Translations under genes and position numbers: made by a program
Shown here: one piece after another, positions 1 through 10,912 of the stretch
Layout: each line of letters begins with the position of its first letter
Position numbering within the stretch: position 1 is the stretch's first letter
From: an uncultured Armatimonadia bacterium
GTDB taxonomy: Bacteria > Armatimonadota > Zipacnadia > CAVVLO01
Length of the DNA: 64,000 nucleotides
NCBI GenBank assembly: GCA_963749155.1
Contig: CAVVLO010000001.1
Span: forward strand, 672,001 to 736,000
Direction: 5' to 3'
Notes under the pieces: generated by a model
The model's database searches: none
The model's input: only the letters and a program-made list of their open reading frames with translations
Told to the model about the DNA's origin: nothing

Positions 1-1903
1 CCAGTTGCTTGCGACTGCGCTTGCGCGCAAGCAAGGTGTTGCGATCATCGTAGACAGGTGTTGTGCCCTCCAGCTCCAGCGGGAAGCATGCCAGCACGAA
101 ATCGCGCCGCGGGTCCTCGCCTGCCCCATTATTCTCGGGGGGACAGGTCGTTTGATAATTCACCAGTCGGGTCTCGAACTCAATCGTCCTGCACCCTTCA
201 TACAAGGCTATCTCCCTTACCAGTTCATGCTTCTCGGCAAGGGTAGACTCGATTATCAGCTTCTGCGCGACAGTCCCGGTCAGTCTCGTAACCTGGGCCG
301 GCGCTTCAGAGGCGAAGTGCTTCTCGCCCGTTGTATGGAACTCCCAGGAGGGCTCCACCCCTGGCCCCTCGATGAGCAGCGCGATATCGTTCCCCAGGCA
401 CTTGGAAGTGGACTGGATAAGTTCGCGTCCTTCCTGTTTGTCCCACAAGCTGACGATGCCGCCCCCGCGGGCCGGGTCCACTGTGATGCGGAAGAACTCG
501 TTCTCAATTGTGGTCTCGCAGTCCAGACGGGGCTCGTGAGTGCGCGGCTCCTTGGTCTGGTAGTAATAGGACTTGTACCCGAGCGCTGGCACGTCCTCGG
601 CCCAGAAGCGGATGGTTACCCCGTGGATATCTCTGTGGAAAACCTGGTGAGGCACGATGCGTCCGCTTGATTCGAAGACATCCAGATCGCCAAACTCGCC
701 CTCGACAGTCAGCTCGCAGGGGCCGCTGCGTTTGCGGGGCAGCGCATTGAACACCACCAGCGCCTGGGCGTCCGAATCGGCCATCCGGGTTTCGGCTTTG
801 CTTGCGATAAACCGACAGGCGTTCTCCAGCACCTCACTCGACAGCTCAAGTGACTCTCTGTAACTCGAAAGCAAATCCAGGAAAGGTCGGTCAGACTGCG
901 TGCCGGTGATGGAATCATGATGGTGCACGAAAGCCAGTTGCCGCCAGGCCTTGTCCAGGGCGAGGTGAGGATAGTCTGCTCCCATAAGCGAAGCGATGCT
1001 CGCGAAGGCCTCGGCCTGGTAGACCCGGTTCTCGCCCAGCCGGTTGCCCAGCTTCAGGTTGCTGCGCGACACCGACGTGCCGATGTGGTAGTGGTGGATA
1101 TCGCGACTCGTCAGCGGCAGCTCCAGCCCTTCGTGGTCTACCGCGTGATGGATGGCGTCGAAATACTTGCCAGGCACCGAGATAACGATAGGTGGATCCT
1201 GCTCTGCCAGATATTTGAGATTACCAGTCAGCCACTCGCGCGGCGGCTCGAAGTCCGACCCAATCATCAACAGGTCGGTCGGCACCCCCGCCGCCGCCTC
1301 TTCTTTCTGATGCTGCTTGCAGTGTTCGATGGCCTGTTCAAGTCCGCCAACGAAAGTCAGTGGATGATAAGGCTCGCGCTTCAGGATAAGCTCTGACCCG
1401 TCTGGCGAGAGATACCGGAACAGCCGGGGGAAGGGGTAGTCTATGAAAGCCGGCGGGTTGCCCTTGGTGTAGACCATCCCTCTGAAGCCAAATCCCTTAA
1501 GCAACTGGGCGATACGCCGGCAATGGCCGAACACGTCATGTGGCTGGTAAACGGTCGGCTTGTCACCGAGTTGCTCCTCGTGGAAGGTCTTGCCCAGCGC
1601 CAGGTTCCGGATGATAGCCTCCAGGCCAAGCGACACTTCGTTCGGCTCGCTGTAACTGCCTGCGGTCTCGATGCGCCCCTCGGCAATAAGTACCTTGAGC
1701 GCATTGCGCCGGTCCAGCATATAGTCCACATAGGGCTTGAGGTAATCCACCTCGGTAAGCACCGCGTGATAGAGGGGGTCCTCCAGGCAGCACTCGACAA
1801 ACTCGTCCGAGTTCATCATCGAACGCCAGATGCAGGTGTTCTGGTCGCCCAGCCACACCGGGTCACAATGGAAATGCGGCGCGACGTAGACCTTGGCTTT
1901 CAT
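1..1903 (-). CDS. GH38 alpha-mannosidase family protein (3' end runs off the window)
   Basis: Missing from the ORF track. Manual translation from ATG 1903 gives MKAKVYVAPHFHCDPVW...EGRIETAGSYSEPNE...HDVFGH...YLSPDGSE, i.e. the GH38 HxD metal motif and DxFGH nucleophile motif. ATGA overlap with the pfkA stop. Confidence 0.85.
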   Translation of the reverse strand, partial: MKAKVYVAPHFHCDPVWLGDQNTCIWRSMMNSDEFVECCLEDPLYHAVLTEVDYLKPYVDYMLDRRNALKVLIAEGRIETAGSYSEPNEVSLGLEAIIRNLALGKTFHEEQLGDKPTVYQPHDVFGHCRRIAQLLKGFGFRGMVYTKGNPPAFIDYPFPRLFRYLSPDGSELILKREPYHPLTFVGGLEQAIEHCKQHQKEEAAAGVPTDLLMIGSDFEPPREWLTGNLKYLAEQDPPIVISVPGKYFDAIHHAVDHEGLELPLTSRDIHHYHIGTSVSRSNLKLGNRLGENRVYQAEAFASIASLMGADYPHLALDKAWRQLAFVHHHDSITGTQSDRPFLDLLSSYRESLELSSEVLENACRFIASKAETRMADSDAQALVVFNALPRKRSGPCELTVEGEFGDLDVFESSGRIVPHQVFHRDIHGVTIRFWAEDVPALGYKSYYYQTKEPRTHEPRLDCETTIENEFFRITVDPARGGGIVSLWDKQEGRELIQSTSKCLGNDIALLIEGPGVEPSWEFHTTGEKHFASEAPAQVTRLTGTVAQKLIIESTLAEKHELVREIALYEGCRTIEFETRLVNYQTTCPPENNGAGEDPRRDFVLACFPLELEGTTPVYDDRNTLLARKRSRKQL

Positions 1904-2866
1904 AAGGAGCCTCCCCACCGGGTGTTGATGCGTTCGTACAGCGTCATATCGAGTTGCTTGGGCTGGGTTGCCACTTCAGCCAGGGGCAACTCTACAAGCC
2001 TGTCAGTATACCCTAGCACCAGTCCGGTTTGCCCTTCAAGGAGCAAATCCAGCGCGCGTTCCGCCCACGACCTGGCAAGCCAGCGATCCAGCCCGCTGAC
2101 CGGCGCGCCTCGGGCTGCGTGTCCAGTTGCTGAATAACGCAACCTGCAACCTGCTGCTTCGCTCAGCTTCTCGGCGACTGTCCGAGCTTCAGGCACGCCC
2201 TCTCCAATCACCAGCACAACCCAGCCCCGCTGCGACAGAGCATGCTTCAGGGCTTCAGTCGCGTGGGGAAGGTCAGGCTCCACTTCCGGCACAAGCACAT
2301 AATCTGCCTGCCCGACCTCGGCCACCCGGAGCGCGATATGACCGGTATGACCGCCCAGTGTCTCCAGCGCGAAAACACGCTCGCCAAGCGAACTCCCTGT
2401 TGCGTTCAAGCCATCCAGCAAGGTCAGTGTCAGGTTGCACGCCGAATCGAAGCCCAGAGTCCAGTCGCTGCCCCATACATCGTTGTCTATGGTGGAGGGG
2501 ATGCCAATTGCCGCGAGGCCTACCTGCCCCGCCAGGGGCATCCCGTGCCTGAAGGAGCCATCTCCCCCCAGCACCACGAGCCCTTCCAGCCCGTGATCGC
2601 CACCACCTGGCTAAGTCGCTCGACGCCTTCTTCGTCGCAAAGCTTCTATCGCGCGAGGTGCCAAGCACTGTCCCACTGCGCGCAGCAAGAGTGCCGTCAT
2701 CGAGGCTCGCAAGCGGCTGCAGCTTGCCTTCCGCAAGCCCCGCGAAGCCACTACGCGCGCCCAGGATTTCCACCCCGAGCTGCGCCCCATAACGCGCAAG
2801 CGCCACCAGGCAGGCGTTCATTCCGGGGCTGTCGCCCCCGCTTGTCAGGGCTGCTATACGTTTCAT
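1900..2866 (-). CDS. pfkA: 6-phosphofructokinase family (PfkA type), split by an indel near 2600
   Basis: MKRIAALTSGGDSPGMNA, GTVLGTSR, GGDGS, PSTIDND, GHAARG across ORFs 2273-2893 and 1900-2577. Confidence 0.85.
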
Positions 2867-2870
2867 CCAG

Positions 2871-5640
2871 TTAGCCTTCCGGCAGTGCTTCAACGAAGCG
2901 AATCGAGTCGATTGAGAAGGTCACGCCAGGCCCTTCGACCACATCAAGCCTAAGGCTCGTGATCTTGCCTTCCCACCCCATCACATCGCGCATGTCGAGG
3001 TAGTAGTCGTGTTGCTGACCATCTTTTATCAAAGCCACTCGTTTGCTCGCTTCTTGCCGCGCGCTGGGCACTGCCGAGGAGGTGAAGAACAACTCGGCGT
3101 AGTCTTCTCCCGCCCCGCCACTTGCCGCCATCCGCACAGTCAAACCAGCGAATTGCGCTGCCGAAACGAAACAGGCGCCTCCATAGCAGATTGGATCTGG
3201 CCCGTTGGTCCGTCCCGCAAGGAAGCCAGGCTGGTCGAGAGCCTCTATCCGCTCATTCATACTCCAGCCCTGATTGCCGTCTTCGAAATCCCACACTGAC
3301 CGGATATCAAAAGTAACCTCTATCAGAGGTCGCCCCATATCCTGCGGGATTATCTCGGGCGCAGGAGGGGTGCCCGGCGCGAGAGCTTTCTGGAAGGCGT
3401 TCAGCATCTTGAAGCCAAACTCTCGACCTGGCTCGCAGATGCTTCCCTCGCCCCACTCGTTCCAGGCCTCGGCAATTATCATCGGCTTGCCAGCGGGGCC
3501 GATATCCAGCCGCGTCACCGCGTCCAGCGCGTCTTCGAGGTGCTCTTGCAACAGCTCCGGGGTGTAATCGTGCAGTACCAGGGCGTTGTAGCCAGCCCAG
3601 GCGCGGTTGTCCCAGTCGCAGAGCACCTCCGGGATGAAGGGCAGCGCGGTCGGGTCATCTGCAACTCGCTGGAACACGTCCTTGTAGGCCTCTACCAGAC
3701 CGGCATAAGGCGTGCGCTGGCCCTGACCGCCGATGCCAGGGGCGTTATACTCGGAACCTGCATCATACCCCTGGCGCCGCAGGCTCTCGGCCCAGCCAGT
3801 ATGAGGATGACCACAACCGATGAGATACAGCCCGTTAAGTCCGGCCGCCTTGCACTTGGCCTTCATATCATCGAAGGCCCGACGCACTTCGGCCTCGCCC
3901 ATATCCGACAGGAAGCGCCACGGTGTGAATATCCACACGGCGGGCTTGCCGTCTATCTTGAGGTAGTTGTCGCGCCTGAAATAGTTCTCTATCCAGTAGT
4001 CCGTGACTGCCATCAGGTCTTCGTAGCTGCTGGTATTTTCAGCATTATGGTTCGCCCATAGCAACGAGAACTTCATCATGTCCTGGTATTTCGCGTTGAA
4101 GAAGCGCATCGTGCAGCCCATGTTCGAGCGACCTGTGGCCCTGGCTCCAGTACCAGTCGAACAGCCAGAAAGTGGCGCCGCGCTCAACCGCCCACTTGAT
4201 CTGCCAGTCCATTACCTCGGGGTCGCCCTCGGCGTAATACCCAAGCAGTGGCTTACGGAACCATTCCTTTATAGGCCGCCATCTCTGCGCGTCCCACCAG
4301 CCGGGGAAGTAGTAGATACCCGCCTCATAAGGGGTCACCAGAGGCACTGGCTTCGGTACATAATCACCGCTCACGGCAGGGGTGGGAGTAAACTCCGTGC
4401 TGGTCGTCGCCTTGCCACTGCCACCGGCCCATTGTAGATTTATACTGGCCTCGTAGGTACCAGGTTCATCCGCGATGACTTCCCAGACGGCTTCGTACCG
4501 ATCGGAATAACCCATTACGCCTGTCTGGAGCGTGGCTTCCTGCCCAGGCGCAAACCTGAGTCCTGGCCCGCACTCGAGTGTCACTGTGGCGTTGGGGGAG
4601 ATCTCTCCGGTCATATTTTCTACAACTGCAATCAGCCTGGCGGGTTTACCTGTCCGGTTGACGCCGTCATCACGTCCAAAATACCGGATCCACAAATCCA
4701 CCGGCCCCTGGGGCTCTTTCACCAGAGCCAGGCGCTTCAAGGTCAGCGAATTGCCAGCGCCAGGAGGCGTGCGCAGTCCGAACATCCTGAGGCCGCCTTT
4801 CAACGCGACAGGCAGGTTCATCCGATGAACTTGCCCATCCGAGTTGACCGGGAACCATACCGAGGTAGGAGAGGCCCCCACAGCGCGGATAATCGCTTCA
4901 GTGTCCTCTCCCGCGGTGCTGGTACCCTCATAGTAGAGATACCCGTACTCCTCAAGAGGCGCGTCCGCCACGTAAGCGCTGGTAAGCGACCAGCGATCAC
5001 TGGCAGTTATCGTCAGCCCCTCCGGCCCTGTCTCGAGGCTGGCAACGCCTTCTTGCGCCACCCACTGGCCGGCGTCCTCCGGCCTTGTGAGCTCCCAGTC
5101 GGGCGTTTCAGCTTTGGCCATATCCAGCACCGGCTCTATCACCCGGATATAGTCGATCTCCAGTTGCTGCTCTCCGCCCGGCGGATCCAGCCTGAAGGAG
5201 ATAAGTCGAGGCAGCGCCTCCCACAGGGGGAAGAACGAATACTCATGCCAGGCCTCATCGAGTGCGAAATCCAGATGATGGCTCTGCTGCTCGCTGAAGC
5301 CGTTCCACTGGCCCCCATGGTCTGCCGCGTAGAAGAACTGCAGCATCCCGCCTCCCGGCCGGACGCGCACTCGCAGCTCGACTTTCTGGAAAGGCGCAGT
5401 TATCAGCTCGAAGTCCGGCAAAGTGATGATCGGGTCGCCGCCGCTGGTGGTCAGCTTCAGCATACCCTCCTCAACTGCCATCTCGGTAACCTCGCCACTG
5501 GCCACCCAGCCCGCGATATCGGCCTGGGAATCGAACTCCCAACTCTTTGTGACCTTCCACTCAGTAGTATCGCCAAGTACCAATCCCATCACCACCAGGC
5601 AAAGCCCAATTGAAAGCCAAATCACAGCTGCAGGTCTCAT
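2871..5640 (-). CDS. Secreted multidomain GH99-like (WbsX-like) glycoside hydrolase, copy 1 (indel near 4100)
   Basis: Signal peptide; YYFPGW, KPLLGYY, DWQIKWA, FDWYW, WANHN, WNEWGEG; flanking jelly-roll/CBM-like repeats (LRLDP...IDYIR). Joins ORFs 4045-5640 and 2871-4187. Confidence 0.75.
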
Positions 5641-8418
5641 TCAAGTCCCTCCTCGGGAAGCTCTTTCAGCAACCGGATATAGTCCAGCTTCAGTTCAGCG
5701 CCAGGACGCCAGCTCGGATCGAACCTTAATCCCGTAATCGTACCCACCCAGCCAGGCAGAGCGCCCGTATCCAGCAGGTAGGTGTGATATTCACCATCGC
5801 GGGGTGCCTCTGCGTCAGCATATTGGCCCCCGAGAAGCCCGATGTAAGCGAGTTGCTGAAGAAAAGCTGCAATCCGTCAGGTTCTTCGCCCCCGCTCACT
5901 GCCATCCGGATGGCGACGTAGCGATACTCTGCAGCCGATATACTGATAGGCGGCCCCTGCAATACAGGGTCCTGACTGATAGCTCGCCCAACCAGCGCTC
6001 CATCGACCGGCTCCAGCTCCAAGCTTAGCCCTACTGTCCAGCCGTCCAGGCCTTCCTCGAACTCCCAGGCTGTCGCTCCGCCGAACTCTACCTCGCGCAG
6101 CGGCTGCCCCAGGTCAGCAGGAACCAAATCAGACGCCTTTGGCGCCTCTGGCGCTAGCGCCTGCTGGAAGGCATCCAGCATCGAAAAGCCCCACTCTCTG
6201 CCCGGCTCGCAGATTGACCCCTCGCCCCACTCATTCCAGGCCTCGGAGATTATCAGCTTGCCCGCCGGCCCCGTCACGCCGGTCCTCTCGACCAGGTCCA
6301 TCAGGGCCTGGAGATGTGCCTCCAGCGTCTCGGGCGTATACCCGACTCGCCACAGCGTGCTGTAGCCGTGCCAGGCGCGCGAATCCCACCCGCAGTTGGC
6401 GCTCGGGATATAGGGCAGCGCAGGCCCCTCTGGCGCCCTCGCGGAGCGCTCTATCAGGTCCTGATAGTCTTCGTTCATCTGAGTATAGGGTGCCCGCAGG
6501 TCGCCGCCAGTGTTCAGCCCGGCGCTGTTATAGTCCGAATCCGCATCGAACCCAAGCGCCTTCATCCGCTCGAGCCAGCTCTCCCGCGGCTGCCCGCAGG
6601 CGATAAGATACAATCCTCCCAGGCCTGCGTCACGGCACTTCTGACGCAGCTCCTCAAGGGCTTGCCCGAGTACCTTCTTCTCCGAGCGCTGTGGCAATCT
6701 CCATCGGCTGGAATATCCAGATTGCGGGCTTGCCGTCAATCCGCAGGTAGTTATCCCGCTTGAAGTAGTTCTCAATCCAGAAGTCGCACGCGGCCAGTAG
6801 ATCTTCCCGGCTGTGACTGCCAGGCCCGTTGTGGTTGGCCCAAAGCAGCGCGAACTTCATCTGGTCCTGATATCTGGCGCCAAAGAAAGCCTCGTGCAGC
6901 CCATGTTCGAGCGTCCGCTGGCCCTGATTCCAGTACCAGTCGAAAATCCAGAAAGTGATTCCCCGCTCACGCGCCCACTTTATCTGCCAGTCCATTATCC
7001 ACGGGTCGCCCTCGGCGTAATAGCCAAGTAGAGGCTTGCGGTAGTAGTCCTTGATGGATTGCCATCGGTCGGCACTCGCCCATCCTGGGAAATAATAGCA
7101 ACCGACCTCCCAGTCCGTCTTGAGCGGCACCGGCTGTGGCACATAGTCGTTGCGGGCAAGGGTTGGGGAAGTAGAGTGAAGGCAATTTCGGCGTTCGTAG
7201 TGAAACTGCCAGCCTCCGAGCTGACTTCGACCTCCAGGCGCTTTGGGCCTGGTGACTCTGCAACCACCTGCCAGCTCGCCTCAGCCCGGTTGGCGTATCC
7301 GATAACGCCCACCTCTCGCAAGGCTTGCTCGCCTTCGGCCAGCCTTACCCCCAGGCCTGGCTGCAAGAGAAGCCGGACCTGCCCCGCCGGCTCCGCGCCG
7401 AAGTTGGCCAGGTTACACACAACCTTTGCTGGCCGGCCGACCCGATTTACCCCGCTGTCCTTGCCGAAGTAGAGCACCCTGGGCGAGGCTTGTCCAGTTG
7501 GCTCGTTCACAAAGGCCAACCGCTTCAACAGGAGGGTGCTGCCCGCCCCACGCGGAGGCCGGACACCGACCGAGCGCAAATCGCCTCTAATCGTGATTGG
7601 CAGGCACGCCGTGTAGAGCCGCCCATCTGCAGGCCAGGGATAAAGTAGTGTCTTCCTGCCCTCGCCTGTCGAGGTCAGGTCCAGTTCTATTTCTGGCCCG
7701 GCCGTTGTCGCCGCCTCGATCAGCACATAGCTGCCAGTTTGTGTCTCCGGCTGAAGGCAGGCTGTTATCAGGGAAAGCTGCGCGTTCGAGGTTAGCTTCA
7801 GCCCCTCAGGTCCTTGCGAGCTGCTCTCGAGGCCTTCGGCGGCGGTCCACAGCGCGTGCTTCAGTCGGGTTCGTGAAATCCCAATCTGCACTGGGAGAGG
7901 CAGTTAAAGGAGTCTGCCGGCTCGACGAGGCGTACCCACTCCAGACCGAACTCATACCGCCCGGCGACCGGGTCCACCCGCAACTGAACTACCTGCGGCG
8001 CGCCATCCCACCAGGTCCAGGCGCCATACTCGTGCCACTGGCCATCGCCCTGGACCCGGATATTGATCGCTTCGGAAGGTTCAAAACCGCCAAAGGGGCC
8101 TTCGTGATCCGGTGCCCAAAAGACCTGCACATCGCCCACGACACCACTTTTCAGCCGAAGCTCGATCCGCTGCATCGGGCCGGTGGTGATGGGCTGCTCG
8201 GGCAATATCAGGAGGGGATCATCGTTCACCACGCGCCCAATAAGCGCGCCTGCCTCCAGGCGGACGTCCTGCAGCGATCCCGTGCCCCACTGCCCAAGCG
8301 CCCCGGGCGTCGAGAAGTCCCATTGCGCGACCGTGCGCCACTCCAGGGCCCGCGCCGGGTGTCCAAGGCCAAGAATTACAGCAAACACCAAACCAAACCA
8401 GATTGAAAAACTCTTCAT
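5637..8418 (-). CDS. Secreted multidomain GH99-like glycoside hydrolase, copy 2 (about 4 indels)
   Basis: ORFs 7861-8418, 6995-7891, 6654-7142 and 5726-6775 plus a tail ending LDYIRLLKELPEEGLE* at 5637 are collinear with copy 1 and carry the same motifs. Confidence 0.7.
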
Positions 8419-10880
8419 AACGAGCTATTGGCTTCTCGAGAGCTATCTCCTGCCACTACTGGGGGTGCAGGGGGCACTGACCCCTGCGCCTTTATTCGCC
8501 CTTCAGCAGCAAACGATACGATTGCGGGTTTAATCGAGAAGCCTTTCCAGGTGCGCTGGCTGTCCGAGAAGTTCACCAGCACGCCTACCCCATTGGCAAA
8601 CTCGCTCAGTTGCACCTGGCGATCTGCGGAGCAGAACTGGTGGCCTGTCATCTCGGCGTCTTCTACCGCATCGAAGAGTGGTTCGAGGAATTTGCAGGTC
8701 TCGACCATCCGGTCCCTCTGCTCCTCCAGCGTTGCGCGTTTCAGCACCATAAACATCGGCGGAGTCGCATAAAGCGCGTTGAAGAGGTCGCGCTGCTTCC
8801 ACAGGCTGGGGAAGGTGTTGCTGCAGTCGCCCCAGTACCAGTAATTGACCACGCAGTCGTGGTAGACCAGCTCGAACAGGGGCAGTCTGATCCCGGGATT
8901 TAGCTGCGACCTGATAGTCTCCTCATTTGGCTCTGGGCCAGCCTCCAGATAACCTGCCTCAGGATGCCTGTATGGCCCGAGGCTCATCATCCCCTCGAAG
9001 AAAGAGACAGCGGGGATTGCCCAATCGATGCCTGTCTCCGAGCCGCATACCAGCCCCTGCTGCCCTACATAATCCAGCAGGGCAAACTTGCCCTCCTTCT
9101 CGCCAGTCCGGCTGCAGGGATGCAAGGGGTTATAGCATTCAAACAAACCTGCCGCGGTGGTTGTGTCGATGAACCTGGCCTCGCGCGGATAGGCCACCTT
9201 GTCAGGGGGGATATTCACTTCGGCCCATTTCTTATGCTGCGTGCCACATGCCACATAGCCAGGCACAGGGCCTTGCTCTGTGCGGATGACCCATCCGTGC
9301 TGCAGTGTGCCGTCCTCGAGCATCACGATATCGTCGGGCCAGCCCTGAGTGCGATTCTGCAGCTTTGCCTTTTCGAGGTCGGCAGAATCCCAGACATCTT
9401 GATAGATGTCGTAGATGCTCGTCAGATAGCCCAGTGATTTGCCGGCCTCTATCTCCTCAGGCGTAATCGAGTTGGAATGAAGCATCCGCTCGACTCCCTG
9501 TTCATGGAACCAATTAAGAGCCGCGATGCGCTCCTCGGGTTTCATCTCCCAGGCCATCAGCCAGATGTTCGCAGCGCCAATCAGCCTCTCGACGGCGGGC
9601 AGTTTGGCGCGTTTCTCGGCCAGGGTAACGAGCTTGCCTGATTCCTCGGCTTCGCGCCGGTAGCGCTTGCACAGCCCGACATAGCCGCCTTCCTCCGCGA
9701 ACCAGTAGTGGATTGTGCGGTCGTAACCCCAAAGGCCTTTCTGGGCTTGCCAGACCAGCTCCCCGGTGGCGCTGCCCAGTTCTCCCTGCTGCTTGTAGCG
9801 CAGCCAAATCGCCGCATCGTCCGCCTCGCGCGTCCACCACAAGGCTGCCGCGCCCGACTTGGAGTCGGCGATGCCAGTCCACGGCATACACAGCCCGTGC
9901 CCGCTGTATAGCACCTGGGGCCAGGCAGGCTGGATATCGCGGTCGGCGCAGCTATAGAGCCGTCCCTCATTCATCGGGACGATAAGCTCGCAAGTCTCGC
10001 TGCCCCCCGCGAGGGCTGGGCAGGTGCTGACCAGGCCCGCGACTGGGAGTGCCGGGTCAGCCGTTGTGGTCAGAGCAAGCTCTGGCTCCTCCTCCTCCAG
10101 CCTGGCGGTCAGGACACACTCCAGGCGTTTCTCATAGGAGCCATCCGAGATGACCACCGCGCGGAAGACTGCTTCCAGATCGGAAGTCTGGCTTGCTTCG
10201 AGGATGATCACCTGCTCGCAGGGGAAGGTCTGCCATCTCAGTCCATTGCGCCTGTCAGTTGCGATGAAGCTCCAGTTGCGGGGATTGAAGGTGACGGTCA
10301 GTAGCTTATTACGCAACGTAATATTACGCGTCGTACTAGCAGCAGACTGGAGGGGAAGACTTCCCACCAGCTCGAGCTCAAGGTTGTCAGCCAAAAGTTG
10401 GGCCTTGCCCTCTCCCATCAGTCTGAGGGTCATCTGCTTGAAGCCTGGCAGGACGATAAAGCGCCCTTCGAGATGCTGCCATTCGGTGGTGGAAGTATCC
10501 GGCGCAAGCGGCGCCCAGTTCCAGTTGGGGGTTTGTTCCTCTGCCTCGGGATAGCCAATCAGGCTGAACCACAGCCTGACCTCGTCAGTCGTAGCAAGCT
10601 TCACATCACAGGCGATACGATAGACCTGCAGGGGCTCAACCGCAAAACTGGCGAGGAAGGTCGCTGACCAGTCCTGCTCGCCCGGATGGGTGATGCTCGC
10701 AACCTGCCCGTGGCCTTCCGAGGCAATAACCTCTGCTGAGCCCTCGCCATCTCGACTCCAGAAGCCGAAAGCCGGAGGGGTTGCGCCTTCGAAGTCGCCC
10801 CCTGTCACCAGGTTGGCCGACCACGCGCTCAGGCTCAGGAGCAGAGCAAACGCAACAACAAGCGCCAGGACGGGGTTCAT
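8415..10880 (-). CDS. Secreted glycoside hydrolase, GH129/GH101-like, with N-terminal CBM-like domain
   Basis: Signal peptide; NLVTGGDFE CBM4/9-like start; LCMPWTG, YDIYQD, FIDTT, GSETG, LPLFELVYHD. Confidence 0.6.
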   Translation of the reverse strand: MNPVLALVVAFALLLSLSAWSANLVTGGDFEGATPPAFGFWSRDGEGSAEVIASEGHGQVASITHPGEQDWSATFLASFAVEPLQVYRIACDVKLATTDEVRLWFSLIGYPEAEEQTPNWNWAPLAPDTSTTEWQHLEGRFIVLPGFKQMTLRLMGEGKAQLLADNLELELVGSLPLQSAASTTRNITLRNKLLTVTFNPRNWSFIATDRRNGLRWQTFPCEQVIILEASQTSDLEAVFRAVVISDGSYEKRLECVLTARLEEEEPELALTTTADPALPVAGLVSTCPALAGGSETCELIVPMNEGRLYSCADRDIQPAWPQVLYSGHGLCMPWTGIADSKSGAAALWWTREADDAAIWLRYKQQGELGSATGELVWQAQKGLWGYDRTIHYWFAEEGGYVGLCKRYRREAEESGKLVTLAEKRAKLPAVERLIGAANIWLMAWEMKPEERIAALNWFHEQGVERMLHSNSITPEEIEAGKSLGYLTSIYDIYQDVWDSADLEKAKLQNRTQGWPDDIVMLEDGTLQHGWVIRTEQGPVPGYVACGTQHKKWAEVNIPPDKVAYPREARFIDTTTAAGLFECYNPLHPCSRTGEKEGKFALLDYVGQQGLVCGSETGIDWAIPAVSFFEGMMSLGPYRHPEAGYLEAGPEPNEETIRSQLNPGIRLPLFELVYHDCVVNYWYWGDCSNTFPSLWKQRDLFNALYATPPMFMVLKRATLEEQRDRMVETCKFLEPLFDAVEDAEMTGHQFCSADRQVQLSEFANGVGVLVNFSDSQRTWKGFSIKPAIVSFAAEGRIKAQGSVPPAPPVVAGDSSREANSSL

Positions 10881-10912
10881 AACCCGCCTCCAAAGTTGCT
10901 GGTGGCCTGTCC

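Noticed and set aside
5..2874. Plus-strand ORFs 5-670, 917-1396, 1523-2137 and similar long antisense ORFs throughout the window
   Set aside because: They are shadows of real opposite-strand genes (GH38, pfkA, hcp and others) in GC-rich DNA and carry no motifs.
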